Source: Rhodospirillales bacterium
Lineage (GTDB): Bacteria > Pseudomonadota > Alphaproteobacteria > CACIAM-22H2
Assembly (NCBI GenBank): GCA_947445225.1
Contig: CANFCX010000001.1
Coordinates: 154,287-217,355 of the forward strand
Length of the DNA stretch: 63,069 bases
Reading direction: 5' to 3'
The stretch's first letter is position 1. The number at the start of each line of letters is the position of its first letter. The notes beneath the pieces were generated by a model, which was given only the letters and a program-made list of their open reading frames with translations, had not been told where the DNA came from and made no database searches. Below, in pieces: positions 27,439-37,441 of the stretch. The position numbers and the translations under genes are program-made.

Positions 27439-28989
27439 TCAGACCGGATCGAGCAGCTCGATGTCGATCGACGTGCGGTTGTGTTCGATCAGAAGCCTCA
27501 GCGTTTCGCCCTTGGCGATGGGGCGCGGGGCCTGAAAATTGTGGATGACGTGGAGCCAGCCCGAGGGTGTGTCGTGTAGGCCCGGGCGGTTCTCGAAAAT
27601 CGTTTCGTCATCCAGGTAAAGTTTGATCCATTGCGCGACACCGATGGCGACACCGTCTTCGGTCGCTTCCAGCGCGATCTCGCTTTTCCCGGCATCGATA
27701 TAGGCATCGCCCGGAAAGTCGAAGCGCAAAGCCTCCCGATCCGCCGATAACAACCGATACGGATAAAGATCGAGGTTCAGCGCGGATTTGAGCGGCGAGA
27801 AGCGATTGAATCCCCTCAGATCGAAGCCGAGGGCTTCGCCGACGAATATTTGCTGGCCGACGGCGTCGCTGCCGAGCAGGGCGATGATCGCCGACGCCGC
27901 GGCCGGAATAACGCGACCGCCGGGTACAAGAAGATGTTGCCGGGCATGATCCATCGTCGAAAGGATGTGCTCGCCGAGCAACATGGAATCGAAGGTTTCG
28001 GTGACGATGACATCGGCGCGGCTGGGTAGATCCTTGCCGACGATCAAATCGTTCGATCGTTTGCGAATGATGGTGACGCGATCGCCAAGACCGTTGCTTG
28101 CCATGATGTCCCTGGCGGCGGCGGCGATCGGCGCGACCATCTCGCAGCTATAGACCTTGGCGAAGGCCTCGCGCCCGGCGCACATCGACAACAGGCCCGC
28201 GCCGGTGCCGATGTCGAGCACGAGGGCATCGTTTCGCGCGGCGCGGGCGATGGCCTGGCGATAGGCGGCATTGCGCGGCGTGTCGTTCATCATGGGAAAA
28301 TGCCAGCGCGGCACTTCCTTGCCGCGCACGGCCCGCAGGCCACGCCGGGCGGCGACATTGCCGGGCTCTTCCGCGACCAGCGCTTCAAACAGCCGCTCGG
28401 CGTCGGGCAGACGGACGAGCGTGTGGTACACCTGAGCGAGGCGCAGCCGCATGTCCCGGTCGTCGGGCCGCAGCGCCGTGGCTTTTTCGAGCGCGGCCGC
28501 GGCATCGTCCATCTTGCCGAAATCGATCAGCGTATTGGCGAGGTTGAACCATGCGCCGACATGGTCCGGCTTGGCGGCGACGGCCTTGCGTAGTTCGACC
28601 GCCGCCTCGCGCGCGCGGCCGCCGCGGCGGAGCAACGCACCCAGATTGTTAAGGAGCGCGGCATTGCCGGGGGCGTGCGAAAGGCCCTCGCGATAAGCCG
28701 CCTCGGCCTCGATCACCTTGCCATGGTTAGCAAAGGTATTGCCGAGATGCCGCCAGGGATCGGGGTGGCTCGGAACCCGATCGCAGCCGGCGCGGAAGAA
28801 TGCGATTGCCGCGTCGCCGCGCCCTTGCCGATTGGCAAGGAGCCCCGCGAAAATCCAGGTTTCGACGAAAGGGGGATAGTCGCGCCGCAACTGGTCGTCG
28901 ATGGCCGAAGCGATATCCAGCCGGCCGTTGGCGAGTGCTGATTGGCCTTCGGCGAGCAAGGCCTGCGGGGCTTTCAGATCGGCCGACAT
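27439..28989 (-). CDS. TPR-repeat protein fused to a PRMT-like (protein arginine N-methyltransferase fold) domain
   Basis: About 200 aa of TPR-like repeats, then HFPMMNDTPRNAAYRQAI, VLDIGTGAGLLSM, the double-E-like loop VIVTETFDSMLLGE, LLVPGGRVIP and a THW-like SGW. Confidence 0.7.
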   Translation of the reverse strand: MSADLKAPQALLAEGQSALANGRLDIASAIDDQLRRDYPPFVETWIFAGLLANRQGRGDAAIAFFRAGCDRVPSHPDPWRHLGNTFANHGKVIEAEAAYREGLSHAPGNAALLNNLGALLRRGGRAREAAVELRKAVAAKPDHVGAWFNLANTLIDFGKMDDAAAALEKATALRPDDRDMRLRLAQVYHTLVRLPDAERLFEALVAEEPGNVAARRGLRAVRGKEVPRWHFPMMNDTPRNAAYRQAIARAARNDALVLDIGTGAGLLSMCAGREAFAKVYSCEMVAPIAAAARDIMASNGLGDRVTIIRKRSNDLIVGKDLPSRADVIVTETFDSMLLGEHILSTMDHARQHLLVPGGRVIPAAASAIIALLGSDAVGQQIFVGEALGFDLRGFNRFSPLKSALNLDLYPYRLLSADREALRFDFPGDAYIDAGKSEIALEATEDGVAIGVAQWIKLYLDDETIFENRPGLHDTPSGWLHVIHNFQAPRPIAKGETLRLLIEHNRTSIDIELLDPV

Positions 28990-29049
28990 ATCCGGCGCCT
29001 CGCCTTCTGTAAGAAAGGGCGTGGCATCTTAGCGTGGTTTCCGTGGGAC

Positions 29050-29082
29050 AAAAAAAGAGAGAGCGGCCGAAGCCGCTCTCTC
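29050..29082 (-). terminator. Rho-independent terminator of the porin gene
   Basis: Minus strand reads GAGAGAGCGGC-TTCG-GCCGCTCTCTC followed by TTTTTTT, about 20 nt after the porin stop. Confidence 0.85.
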
Positions 29083-29104
29083 GCTACAGATTATGGTGGG
29101 TGGT

Positions 29105-30349
29105 TTAGAACGCCAGCCGGATGCCGGTGACCAAACCATAGGCCGAACCGCCGTAGCCGGTCGTCGCACCCGAGGGGCCGGGATTGCCGGGCGCCTCATC
29201 GTTGAAGTCGTACTTGAAGATCGACGTCGACCAACGAACGCCCGGTCCGATCGTCCATTCGTTGCCGAACACGAAATATTCACCCTCGTCGTCGCCGAGG
29301 CCAATCGTGTTGTCCTGCTCGCCGCGCAAATGAACGAGGCTGACGCGGCCCGGATAGCCGAGATTGTAGGCATACGCCAAGCCCACATCCCAGGCGTGGC
29401 CGTCGATGTTGGTCGTGGTGTTGGAAACGCACGATGCACCCGCGGTGGCGGCGGTGGTGCTGACGCAACCTGCGTTGTTACGGCCATCATTGGTGCCGCC
29501 CCATGAAGCGCCAAGCGTGAAGCCGGCATAGCTGACGTTAGCACCGAGGGTCCAGGCTTCCGCTTTCGGAATGTCGCGCTGGTCGGTGTTCCACTGCATC
29601 CAGCCGCCGCCGAGGGTGAAGGCGACCTGATCGAACGTCTCGGTGTAGTTGAGGCCGAGGGAAACGCCGCGGTTGTATTTACCGGATTTCTGCTCGATGC
29701 CCGTATTGTCGGCGCCGTTGCCGTTGACCGCCGAAGACGGGGTATAGCTGACGCCGAGCTGCAGGCCGCTGGAGGCGGTGTTACCGAACAGACGCGGCGT
29801 GAAATAATTGATCTTCTCGGCGTCGGATTGGAACAGATCGGGCGCGGTCGTGTCGATGGTGCCATCCGTGCTCGAACCGGTGCGGTTGGCGCCGCTCTTG
29901 GTGCGGCCTTGCGTGGCGCCGAAACCGGCGCCGACGGGGCGAATGCCCATCTTTTGCTTCACGTCGTCGGTGGTGCCCAACTGAACGGTACCGAAACCGC
30001 TTTCGATGCTGAGGAAGTTTTCATCGATGTTGTTGGTGCTGTTGGGCAGCGTCGACGCGCCGGTCTGGTTGTTGGCTTCCAGCTCGATGCGGATCGTGAA
30101 CTTCAACCCGTTGTCCAGCGTCGTGGACCCGTTGAAGTAGATTTCCGAGTCCATGTCGAAGTCGACCTTCTGCACGTTGCCCGCGCGATCGTCGACATCG
30201 AAGATGTAGAAACGTTGATCGTGGAAGCCGCCCAGCGACAGCTTAATTGGCTCGACCTTTGCCGGTTGCGCCTGGGCGAAGGCCGACCCCGACAATGCGA
30301 GAACGCCTGCGGCGACCAGCGCCGTCGTGCCCAGAAGTTGCTTCTTCAT
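29105..30349 (-). CDS. Outer-membrane porin (Gram-negative porin family)
   Basis: Signal peptide ending SAFAQA, a Gly/Asn/Thr-rich alternating beta-strand pattern and a C-terminal GIRLAF. SD GAGGGG. Strong terminator downstream. Confidence 0.8.
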   Translation of the reverse strand: MKKQLLGTTALVAAGVLALSGSAFAQAQPAKVEPIKLSLGGFHDQRFYIFDVDDRAGNVQKVDFDMDSEIYFNGSTTLDNGLKFTIRIELEANNQTGASTLPNSTNNIDENFLSIESGFGTVQLGTTDDVKQKMGIRPVGAGFGATQGRTKSGANRTGSSTDGTIDTTAPDLFQSDAEKINYFTPRLFGNTASSGLQLGVSYTPSSAVNGNGADNTGIEQKSGKYNRGVSLGLNYTETFDQVAFTLGGGWMQWNTDQRDIPKAEAWTLGANVSYAGFTLGASWGGTNDGRNNAGCVSTTAATAGASCVSNTTTNIDGHAWDVGLAYAYNLGYPGRVSLVHLRGEQDNTIGLGDDEGEYFVFGNEWTIGPGVRWSTSIFKYDFNDEAPGNPGPSGATTGYGGSAYGLVTGIRLAF

Positions 30350-30649
30350 CGTAGCCCCTCGTTTTCGTTATGCCCAATGACGGCCAACGTTGTGGCCAAA
30401 CTCCGCGGTCGAGCCGCGAATCAGTGGTGCCTTTATCCTTGTGTAGGCGGCGCCCGTCAAGGCGGCAATCCTTAGGCAACCGTTAAAAATCGGTTGCTGT
30501 GGCGGTTGTGCAACAGATATTGAGGGGCGGTCCCGGTGCATTTGGCCGGGAATCTTCCGGTGTCTGCCCAATTTTTTTGCGGAATTGCGGGGATACGGGC
30601 TTATAATTGTGGATATTTTTCGAAGAACCGCTCGAAGGGAATCTCAAGG

Positions 30650-31186
30650 ATGACGAACCGCGCGCGAATTGGGCTCCTGGCGTTGGCCTTGGCCGGTGGG
30701 GGCCTTGCCGGTTGCCAATACGCCGGCGATACGGCGGCGCCGGAGATTCGGCGCGGCGAGACCAATCCGGTACCGTCCAACGCGCCGCGCGAATCGCTGT
30801 TCGGCGAGGGTGGGCTGACCCTGTTCGGCAGGGGAGATGCGACGCAAGACCAGGGCGGAGCGTTGGGCGTCAACTCCCTGCTCTGGCGCGCCTCGCTCGA
30901 TACGATTTCGTTCATGCCGCTCGCTTCGGCCGATCCCTTTGGCGGCGTGATCCTGACCGATTGGTTTTCGCCGCCGGAAACACCTGAGGAGCGGTTCAAG
31001 CTCAATATCTTCATTCTCGGGCGGCAGTTGCGCGCCGATGGCGTCAAGGTCTCCGTCTTCCGCCAACAGCGCGCCGAGGGCAATAGCTGGCTCGACGCAG
31101 CGGTCGAGCCGAGAATTTCGGTCGACCTTGAAAACGCCATCCTTACCCGCGCGCGCCAGCTTCGCATCGATACAGCGGGGCAATAA
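30650..31186 (+). CDS. DUF3576-like lipoprotein
   Basis: Lipobox LAGC after MTNRARIGLLALALAGGG. Conserved block LLWRASLDTISFMPLASADPFGGVILTDW. Start trimmed to ATG 30650. Confidence 0.7.
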   Translation: MTNRARIGLLALALAGGGLAGCQYAGDTAAPEIRRGETNPVPSNAPRESLFGEGGLTLFGRGDATQDQGGALGVNSLLWRASLDTISFMPLASADPFGGVILTDWFSPPETPEERFKLNIFILGRQLRADGVKVSVFRQQRAEGNSWLDAAVEPRISVDLENAILTRARQLRIDTAGQ

Positions 31187-31319
31187 GGGCGGGCCGCGTG
31201 CCGATTTTCGCGCGTTCGTGAATCGCCGCCCAAGCAGTCCGGAAGCCAGAGCTTGTTTTCGGCGGCGGTTGGCGGCGAGCCGGGCCTTGCGTTATAAGCC
31301 GTGAACCTCATCGGCGGCG

Positions 31320-33887
31320 ATGGCCATGGCGCGATACAACTTTAAGGAAACCGAGATTAAGTGGCAGGGCCGCTGGGAAACACAGGGGTGTTTCGCCGCG
31401 CGCGAGGCCGTTGGCCGCCCGAAATATTACGTCCTGGAGATGTTCCCCTATCCGTCGGGCCGCATCCACATGGGCCATGTGCGGAATTACACCCTGGGCG
31501 ACGTCGTGGCGCGCTACAAGCGGGCGCGCGGCTTCAACGTCCTTCACCCGATGGGCTGGGATGCTTTCGGTCTGCCGGCGGAGAACGCGGCGCGCGACCA
31601 AAAAGTACATCCGGCGAAATGGACCTACGACAACATCGCGGCGATGCGCCGCGAGTTGAAAAGCATGGGCCTTTCGTTGGATTGGGCGCGCGAGATCGCC
31701 ACCTGCCATCCCGGGTATTACCGCCATCAGCAGCGTTTGTTCATCGATTTCTTGAAGGCCGGCCTGGCCTATCGCAAGGAAGGCTGGGTCAATTGGGACC
31801 CCGTCGATCACACCGTTCTGGCCAATGAGCAGGTCATCGACGGCCGCGGCTGGCGGTCGGGAGCGCTGGTGGAAAAGCGCAAGCTGTCGCAATGGTTCTT
31901 CAAGATCACCGACCACGCCGAGGATCTGCTGAAAGCACTTGACGGGCTCGATCGCTGGCCGGAAAAAGTCCGCCTCATGCAGCAGAACTGGATCGGCCGT
32001 TCCGAGGGCGCGCATGTCGATTTTTCATTGCCCGGACGCGGCGAATCGCTGCGCGTTTTCACGACGCGGCCGGATACGCTGTTCGGCGCCTCCTTCCTGG
32101 CTTTGTCGCCGAATCATCCACTGGCCGCCGCACTCGCCGCCGCCGACCCCGGACTCGCGGGTTTCATCGCCGAATGCAACCGGACCTCGACCAGCGAGGC
32201 GGCGATCGAAGCCCAGGAAAAGCGCGGCTTCGACACTGGATTGACCGCCGCGCATCCTTTCATCGCGGATCGCCGCCTGCCGGTCTATGTCGCGAACTTC
32301 GTGCTGATGGAATACGGGACCGGCGCCATTTTCGGCTGCCCGGCGCATGATCAGCGAGATCTCGATTTCGCGCGCAAATACCGGCTCCCGGTTCTGCCCG
32401 TCGTCTGCCCGCGCGACGCCGACCCGACAAATTTCGGCATCGGGGACGACGCGTATTTGGGCGACGGAATTGTCGTTCATTCGGATTTTCTGAACGGCCT
32501 CTCGGTGCCGGCGGCGAAGGACGCGGCCATAGCCCGCCTGGTGCGGCAAGGTGCCGGCGAACGCATCGTGATGTGGCGGCTGCGCGATTGGGGTGTCTCC
32601 CGCCAGCGTTATTGGGGCTGTCCCATCCCGGTCGTTCATTGCGACGCCTGCGGCGTGGTGCCGGTGCCGGAGCGGGATCTGCCGGTGCTGCTGCCCGACG
32701 ACGTGACCTTCGACAAACCCGGCAATCCGCTCGACCGGCACCCGAGCTGGAAACACGTTTCCTGTCCGGCCTGCGGCGAGCCGGCTCAGCGCGAGACCGA
32801 CACTTTCGACACCTTTGTCGATTCGGCGTGGTATTTCGCGCGATTCTGCGCGCCGCGGTCGGAGCGGCCGGTGGAACGGGACGCCGTCGACTATTGGCTG
32901 GCGGTGGATCAGTATATCGGCGGCGTGGAGCATGCCATCCTGCATTTGCTCTACGCGCGATTTTTCACCCGTGCGATGCGTCAAACCGGGCATGTGACTG
33001 TGAGCGAGCCGTTCGCCGGGCTGTTTACGCAAGGCATGGTCTGCCATGAATCCTACCGGGACGAGGACGGCAAATGGCTGTATCCGGAGGAAGTGGACAA
33101 GCGCGCCGACGGCAGCGCCGTCCATGCCACGACCGGGCGGCCCGTCGTCATCGGCCGCCGCGAGGTGATGAGCAAGTCGAAGAAAAACGTGGTGGCCCCG
33201 GCGAGCATCATCGAAAATTTCGGCGCGGATACGGCGCGGCTTTTCATGCTTTCCGATTCCCCGCCGGACCGGGACCTGGAATGGAGCGATGCGGGCGTGG
33301 ATGGCGCCTGGCGCTATCTGAACCGCTTGTGGCGCCTGGTCGATGAGCCGCACATCCCGCTCCGGCTCGGGAGCCAATCCGCGGCTGCGCCCAACGGGCC
33401 GGCATCCACGACATTACGCGCCATCCACAAGACCATTCATTTCGTGACCGACGATTTGGAGAAGTTTCACTTCAATCGCGCGGTTGCCCGCATCCGGGAA
33501 TTGACCAATCTTTTGGCCGAAATGACGGCGGACGAGCCGGGTGCCGGCGGTGTTTATCGGTTCGGCGTGGAAACGGCCGTGCGCCTGATCGGCCCGATGA
33601 TCCCGCATCTTGCCGCGGAGCTGTGGGAGGGGTTGGGGCATTCGACGATGCTGGTCGATGAGCCCTGGCCGGTCGCCGATCCGACGCTGGTGCTCGACGA
33701 CATTTTGACCATCGCCGTCCAAGTGAACGGCAAGCTGCGCGGGACGGTGGCGCTGCCGCGCGACGTCAACGGGGCCGAGGCGCAGGCGGCCGCGCTCGCC
33801 CTTCCCGCCGTGGACAAATTGCTCGACGGCAAGGCGCCCCGCAAAGTCGTGGTTATCCCCAACCGGATCATCAATGTTGTCCTCTAG
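31320..33887 (+). CDS. leuS: Leucine--tRNA ligase
   Basis: HIGH-type [12 protein letters not shown] and KMSKS-type VMSKSKKN. 855 aa. Confidence 0.95.
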   Translation: MAMARYNFKETEIKWQGRWETQGCFAAREAVGRPKYYVLEMFPYPSGRIHMGHVRNYTLGDVVARYKRARGFNVLHPMGWDAFGLPAENAARDQKVHPAKWTYDNIAAMRRELKSMGLSLDWAREIATCHPGYYRHQQRLFIDFLKAGLAYRKEGWVNWDPVDHTVLANEQVIDGRGWRSGALVEKRKLSQWFFKITDHAEDLLKALDGLDRWPEKVRLMQQNWIGRSEGAHVDFSLPGRGESLRVFTTRPDTLFGASFLALSPNHPLAAALAAADPGLAGFIAECNRTSTSEAAIEAQEKRGFDTGLTAAHPFIADRRLPVYVANFVLMEYGTGAIFGCPAHDQRDLDFARKYRLPVLPVVCPRDADPTNFGIGDDAYLGDGIVVHSDFLNGLSVPAAKDAAIARLVRQGAGERIVMWRLRDWGVSRQRYWGCPIPVVHCDACGVVPVPERDLPVLLPDDVTFDKPGNPLDRHPSWKHVSCPACGEPAQRETDTFDTFVDSAWYFARFCAPRSERPVERDAVDYWLAVDQYIGGVEHAILHLLYARFFTRAMRQTGHVTVSEPFAGLFTQGMVCHESYRDEDGKWLYPEEVDKRADGSAVHATTGRPVVIGRREVMSKSKKNVVAPASIIENFGADTARLFMLSDSPPDRDLEWSDAGVDGAWRYLNRLWRLVDEPHIPLRLGSQSAAAPNGPASTTLRAIHKTIHFVTDDLEKFHFNRAVARIRELTNLLAEMTADEPGAGGVYRFGVETAVRLIGPMIPHLAAELWEGLGHSTMLVDEPWPVADPTLVLDDILTIAVQVNGKLRGTVALPRDVNGAEAQAAALALPAVDKLLDGKAPRKVVVIPNRIINVVL

Positions 33888-34392
33888 GGGAGCAACCGCC
33901 TGGACTTTAGTTTGGCTGGCCGTCGGCCTCGCCCTCGGCGCCTGTGGCTTCGAGCCGCTTTATGGCGGACGTGACGGCGGGGCCACGCCGGCCGAGCTGG
34001 CCCAGGTCCGCATCGACGTAATTTCGGATCGCTCCGGGCAAATCTTGCGAAATTTCCTGCTCGACCGGCTGAATCCCAATGGACGGCCGGATCGTCCGGC
34101 CTATGCGCTCGAGATCAATCTCGTCGAGCGCCGCGAGGATCTGTCGATTCGGAAGGATGAAGTGGCGACCCGGGCCAATTTCGTGGTCACCGCCGAATAC
34201 CGGCTGCGCGAAGCCGGTGCCGGCCGCGAATTGACACGCGGACAGGTGCGGTCCAGCAACTCCTTCAACATCGGCATTTCGGAATTCGCGACGCTGTCGG
34301 GCGAGGCCGATGCGCGCAATCGCGCACTTCGCGAAATCGGCGACGAAATCAAGACCAGGCTGGGTATCTATTTCGCCGCCCGCCGGGCGTGA
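33874..34392 (+). CDS. lptE: LPS-assembly lipoprotein LptE
   Basis: Lipobox LGAC followed by GFEPLYG. Conserved leuS-lptE-holA order. Confidence 0.75.
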   Translation: MLSSRGATAWTLVWLAVGLALGACGFEPLYGGRDGGATPAELAQVRIDVISDRSGQILRNFLLDRLNPNGRPDRPAYALEINLVERREDLSIRKDEVATRANFVVTAEYRLREAGAGRELTRGQVRSSNSFNIGISEFATLSGEADARNRALREIGDEIKTRLGIYFAARRA

Positions 34393-34399
34393 GAGGTCC

Positions 34400-35422
34400 A
34401 TGGAGCTGAAAGGCCAGCGCGTCGCGGCCTTTATCCGCCGGCCCGATCCAGCGATTGGCGCGGTCCTGGTTTACGGCCCCGATGTCGGTCTTGTCCGCGA
34501 ACGGGTCGAAGCGCTCGCCCGCACGATTGTCGACGATCTTCGGGATGCCTTTCGGGTGTCGGACCTTGCCGGGGCGGCGCTGGAAAAAGATCCGGCGCGG
34601 CTGTTCGACGAGGCGGCGGCGCTGTCGATGACCGGCGGTCGCCGCGTGGTGCGGGTGCGGGCGGCCGGCAATGTGCTGGCGGAATTGTTCGACCGGTTCT
34701 TGCGCGAACCCGAGGGCGATTCCCTGGTCATTGTCGAAGGCGGCGATTTGAAGAAAGACTCCGCGCTGCGCAAGGTGTTCGAGCGCGCCGCCAATGCCGC
34801 CGCCATCGCGTGTTACGCCGATGAAGGCGAGGGACTGGTTCGCCTTGTGCGCGAAGAACTGGGCCGCGGCGGCGTGACGCCGACGGGCGAGGCCGTGCAA
34901 TGGCTGGCCGGACATCTTGGCGCCGATCGCCAACAATCCCGGGCGGAACTTGAGAAACTGGCGCTCTATGTCGGTGCCGGCGAGGCGACGCTGGAACAAG
35001 CGATGGCCGTTGTTGGCGACAGCGCGGAACGCGGCTTGGACGACGCCGTGATGGCTGCTGCCGAAGGGGATGTCGCCGGTTTCGATCGCTGCTGGCGTGT
35101 GTTGAGCGCAGAGGGTATTTCCGAAATATCGCTGCTGCGCGCCGCGCAACGTCACCTGCAACGCCTCCATCTGGCGGCGTCGTTGGTTGCGGGCGGTCGC
35201 GAGCCCGAAGGTGCCATGGCCGCGCTGCGCCCGCCGGTATTTTGGAAGCAGAAGTCGCGTTTCGAGACGCAGCTTCGCCGCTGGTCGCCGGCAGCCTTGG
35301 CCAATTGGCTCGATCGCCTCACCCAGGTCGAGCTGCAATGCAAGACGGCGGGGGCGCCCGTGGCGCTGCTTGTCGGGCGGGCGCTACTCGGTTTCGCCCA
35401 GGCCGGTTCTAAACGACGATGA
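34400..35422 (+). CDS. holA: DNA polymerase III subunit delta
   Basis: VLVYGPDVGLVRE N-terminal block, length and synteny. ATG 34400 chosen (maximal ORF starts at 34310). Confidence 0.8.
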   Translation: MELKGQRVAAFIRRPDPAIGAVLVYGPDVGLVRERVEALARTIVDDLRDAFRVSDLAGAALEKDPARLFDEAAALSMTGGRRVVRVRAAGNVLAELFDRFLREPEGDSLVIVEGGDLKKDSALRKVFERAANAAAIACYADEGEGLVRLVREELGRGGVTPTGEAVQWLAGHLGADRQQSRAELEKLALYVGAGEATLEQAMAVVGDSAERGLDDAVMAAAEGDVAGFDRCWRVLSAEGISEISLLRAAQRHLQRLHLAASLVAGGREPEGAMAALRPPVFWKQKSRFETQLRRWSPAALANWLDRLTQVELQCKTAGAPVALLVGRALLGFAQAGSKRR

Positions 35423-35441
35423 TCGCCGGCCGGCCGCGGCG

Positions 35442-36752
35442 TTACCGGCTCGGCAAGGCCAGGTTGCCGACCGGATAGTTGGAAACGATCGTACGCGCGC
35501 GGGCGTGATAATTGGCGAGCGCCGTCTTCGCGGCCGCGCGGTTGCCGGCGCGCGCAAGGTCGCGAATGGCGCTCATGTCGCCGATTAGCTGCGCGGAAAC
35601 GACCCGGATGTCAGGCACATCGGCGGGTAACCTTCCGCCAAATTCGGCGCGCGTGTCGAAACGCCAGCCGATCCAGTTCAAATCGAAATTGACGGTGTCC
35701 ACGACCAACCCGATCGCCGCGAGGTCGTTGGCCTCGATCGCGTGGTCGAGCACCGAAACATAGGTCGAGACTTCCCGCATCGCGGTCTGCCGCGTGACCG
35801 GTTCATAACTTCCTTCACCCGCGCTCACGGCGTCGAGATAAGCCACGAGGTCTTCGGTCTCGTCGGGCTTCAGCTTCAGCGAAAAGACGCGATCGAAATG
35901 TTCGACGACCTCGAGAAAGCTAGTGTAACGCCCGTCGTGGAAATAGGGCGCGGTCAACCCGGCATTGATCAATGTGGGCGTCTTGAAAAGACCGTCGGAG
36001 CCGACATCGTGGCGACGGCCATCGGCAAACAAGGACTCCGGAACGTGGCAGCTCGCGCAAGATTTTCCGTCCATGCCGGCGAAGGGTTTCACGAACAGCG
36101 CCTCGCCGCGTTTCGCCGCCGGGTCCGCCGATGAAACCAGGCGGCCGAGCCGGTTGAGCTTCGCGTTGGGCAGAAAGTCGATTTGGTCCATATACGCGAC
36201 CAGCGCGTCGAGAACGCGGGGCTCCGGCTCGGGCCCCGCGAATTCGTTGACGATGACGTGGCGCGCGAATTCGCGGAGCGAACCGATGCGCCCGTCGCGG
36301 CCATAGGGCGCGAGGAAGCGGATGCCGCGCAGGCTCGGGATATCGACGTGGTTGGCGACGCCGTCGTCCTGAACTGGATTGAAGAAACCATTTGTGGGAT
36401 CGAGCCCGCCGCGATGGGCGGAGATCCCCGGAATAAAGAAGCGGGTGTTGATATCGCCTTGCCGGTGGCAGGTGTCGCAGGACAGTCCCGCTTCCTTCGC
36501 CTTTTCCCCGAAGAGCATGGGCGAGCTGAAGGCCGCGTTGCCGAGCGCAACCATATAGGATTGCCGCCCACCCTCGGCTTCACTCTTGAGAATCTGGCGC
36601 GGGCGTTCGCGGGCATCGAGCGCGAAATCCGTACCCTTCGGCAGGCCGGCGATGGTCTGGGCCTGCGATCCGGGTGTAGCGAACGCCGCCAATGATGCGG
36701 CCACTAAAATGCCGGCCACTCCGAATCGGCGGCTCGCGAATGAATTCAGCAT
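35442..36752 (-). CDS. Di-heme cytochrome c peroxidase (CCP/MauG) family protein with C-terminal extension
   Basis: Two CxxCH motifs (CDTCH, CASCH) and a signal peptide after ATG 36752 (MLNSFASRRFGVAGILVAASLAAFA). Confidence 0.75.
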   Translation of the reverse strand: MLNSFASRRFGVAGILVAASLAAFATPGSQAQTIAGLPKGTDFALDARERPRQILKSEAEGGRQSYMVALGNAAFSSPMLFGEKAKEAGLSCDTCHRQGDINTRFFIPGISAHRGGLDPTNGFFNPVQDDGVANHVDIPSLRGIRFLAPYGRDGRIGSLREFARHVIVNEFAGPEPEPRVLDALVAYMDQIDFLPNAKLNRLGRLVSSADPAAKRGEALFVKPFAGMDGKSCASCHVPESLFADGRRHDVGSDGLFKTPTLINAGLTAPYFHDGRYTSFLEVVEHFDRVFSLKLKPDETEDLVAYLDAVSAGEGSYEPVTRQTAMREVSTYVSVLDHAIEANDLAAIGLVVDTVNFDLNWIGWRFDTRAEFGGRLPADVPDIRVVSAQLIGDMSAIRDLARAGNRAAAKTALANYHARARTIVSNYPVGNLALPSR

Positions 36753-36797
36753 CGTGTCCCCGGTATGGTTCGGCGCTGGAGGAATCAAGCGAACGGA

Positions 36798-37208
36798 TTA
36801 GGCCCGGCCGCCGATGGCGAACAAATATATCGCATAGAGGCCGGTGAGGATAAGGACGAGCCAGGTCACGGACGTGCCCGCGACACGACCAAAACTTGCG
36901 CCGCCGCTCGAAACCAGACCCTGGGCATGCAGCAAGCGACCGACGAACAACGCGGCGCCCAAGACATGAACCGCAAGGCTGGGGGCGCCAACGATTTCGA
37001 TGATGCCCAGAAGAACGAGCGCCATCGGGACATACTCGGCGTTGTTGGCGTGTGTGCGGATGGTCTGCAACATTTCGGAATTGCCGCCATCGCCGGCAAG
37101 AATATTGAGGCGGGAGCGGGTCACCGTGACGCGGATGGCGAGCATCGTGGCCAGAATGCCGTTGAGCCCCGCATAAAGTGCCGTAATAAGAGGTGCGTGT
37201 TGCATCAT
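36798..37208 (-). CDS. MAPEG-family membrane protein
   Basis: 136-aa protein with four predicted hydrophobic segments. RTHANNAEYVP block typical of MAPEG. Start trimmed to ATG 37208. Confidence 0.6.
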   Translation of the reverse strand: MMQHAPLITALYAGLNGILATMLAIRVTVTRSRLNILAGDGGNSEMLQTIRTHANNAEYVPMALVLLGIIEIVGAPSLAVHVLGAALFVGRLLHAQGLVSSGGASFGRVAGTSVTWLVLILTGLYAIYLFAIGGRA

Positions 37209-37441
37209 GATCCGCTCCCCGGAATGGCTGGGCCAAAGCCTAACATGAAGGCTGGCCTTCGGGCGAGGGCCGTTCGGCGACCTAATCGGCGCGACATCAA
37301 GGCCGTTTCGTTTGCGCCGCGGCAAATGATAGTGTCCGGCCCGGAAAAGGATTCTCCTAGGCCTGGGCGTGGCGAAAAATTCGTGCTTTTGCAACGCGGC
37401 ATTCAGGCGTCGAGGAGCCGCGGCGACGAGCAGAGGGCGAC

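Noticed and set aside
30476-30497. Inverted repeat GCAACCG-N8-CGGTTGC (plus a nearby GTTGTGCAAC) upstream of the porin gene as a regulator operator.
   Set aside because: It is plausible, but I cannot tie it to any known motif, and 7-bp repeats are expected by chance in 300 nt. It is recorded here rather than as a finding.
30608-30617. DnaA-box-like TGTGGATAT (complement ATATCCACA) in the porin/DUF3576 intergenic region, next to a TATAAT at 30602-30607.
   Set aside because: It is a single one-mismatch box with no cluster and no adjacent AT-rich unwinding element. It is more likely part of an ordinary promoter for the DUF3576 gene.
35423-35441. GC palindrome GCCGGCCGGC between convergent holA and the peroxidase gene as a terminator.
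   Set aside because: It is a self-complementary run with no loop and no U-tract, and such runs are common by chance at this GC content.
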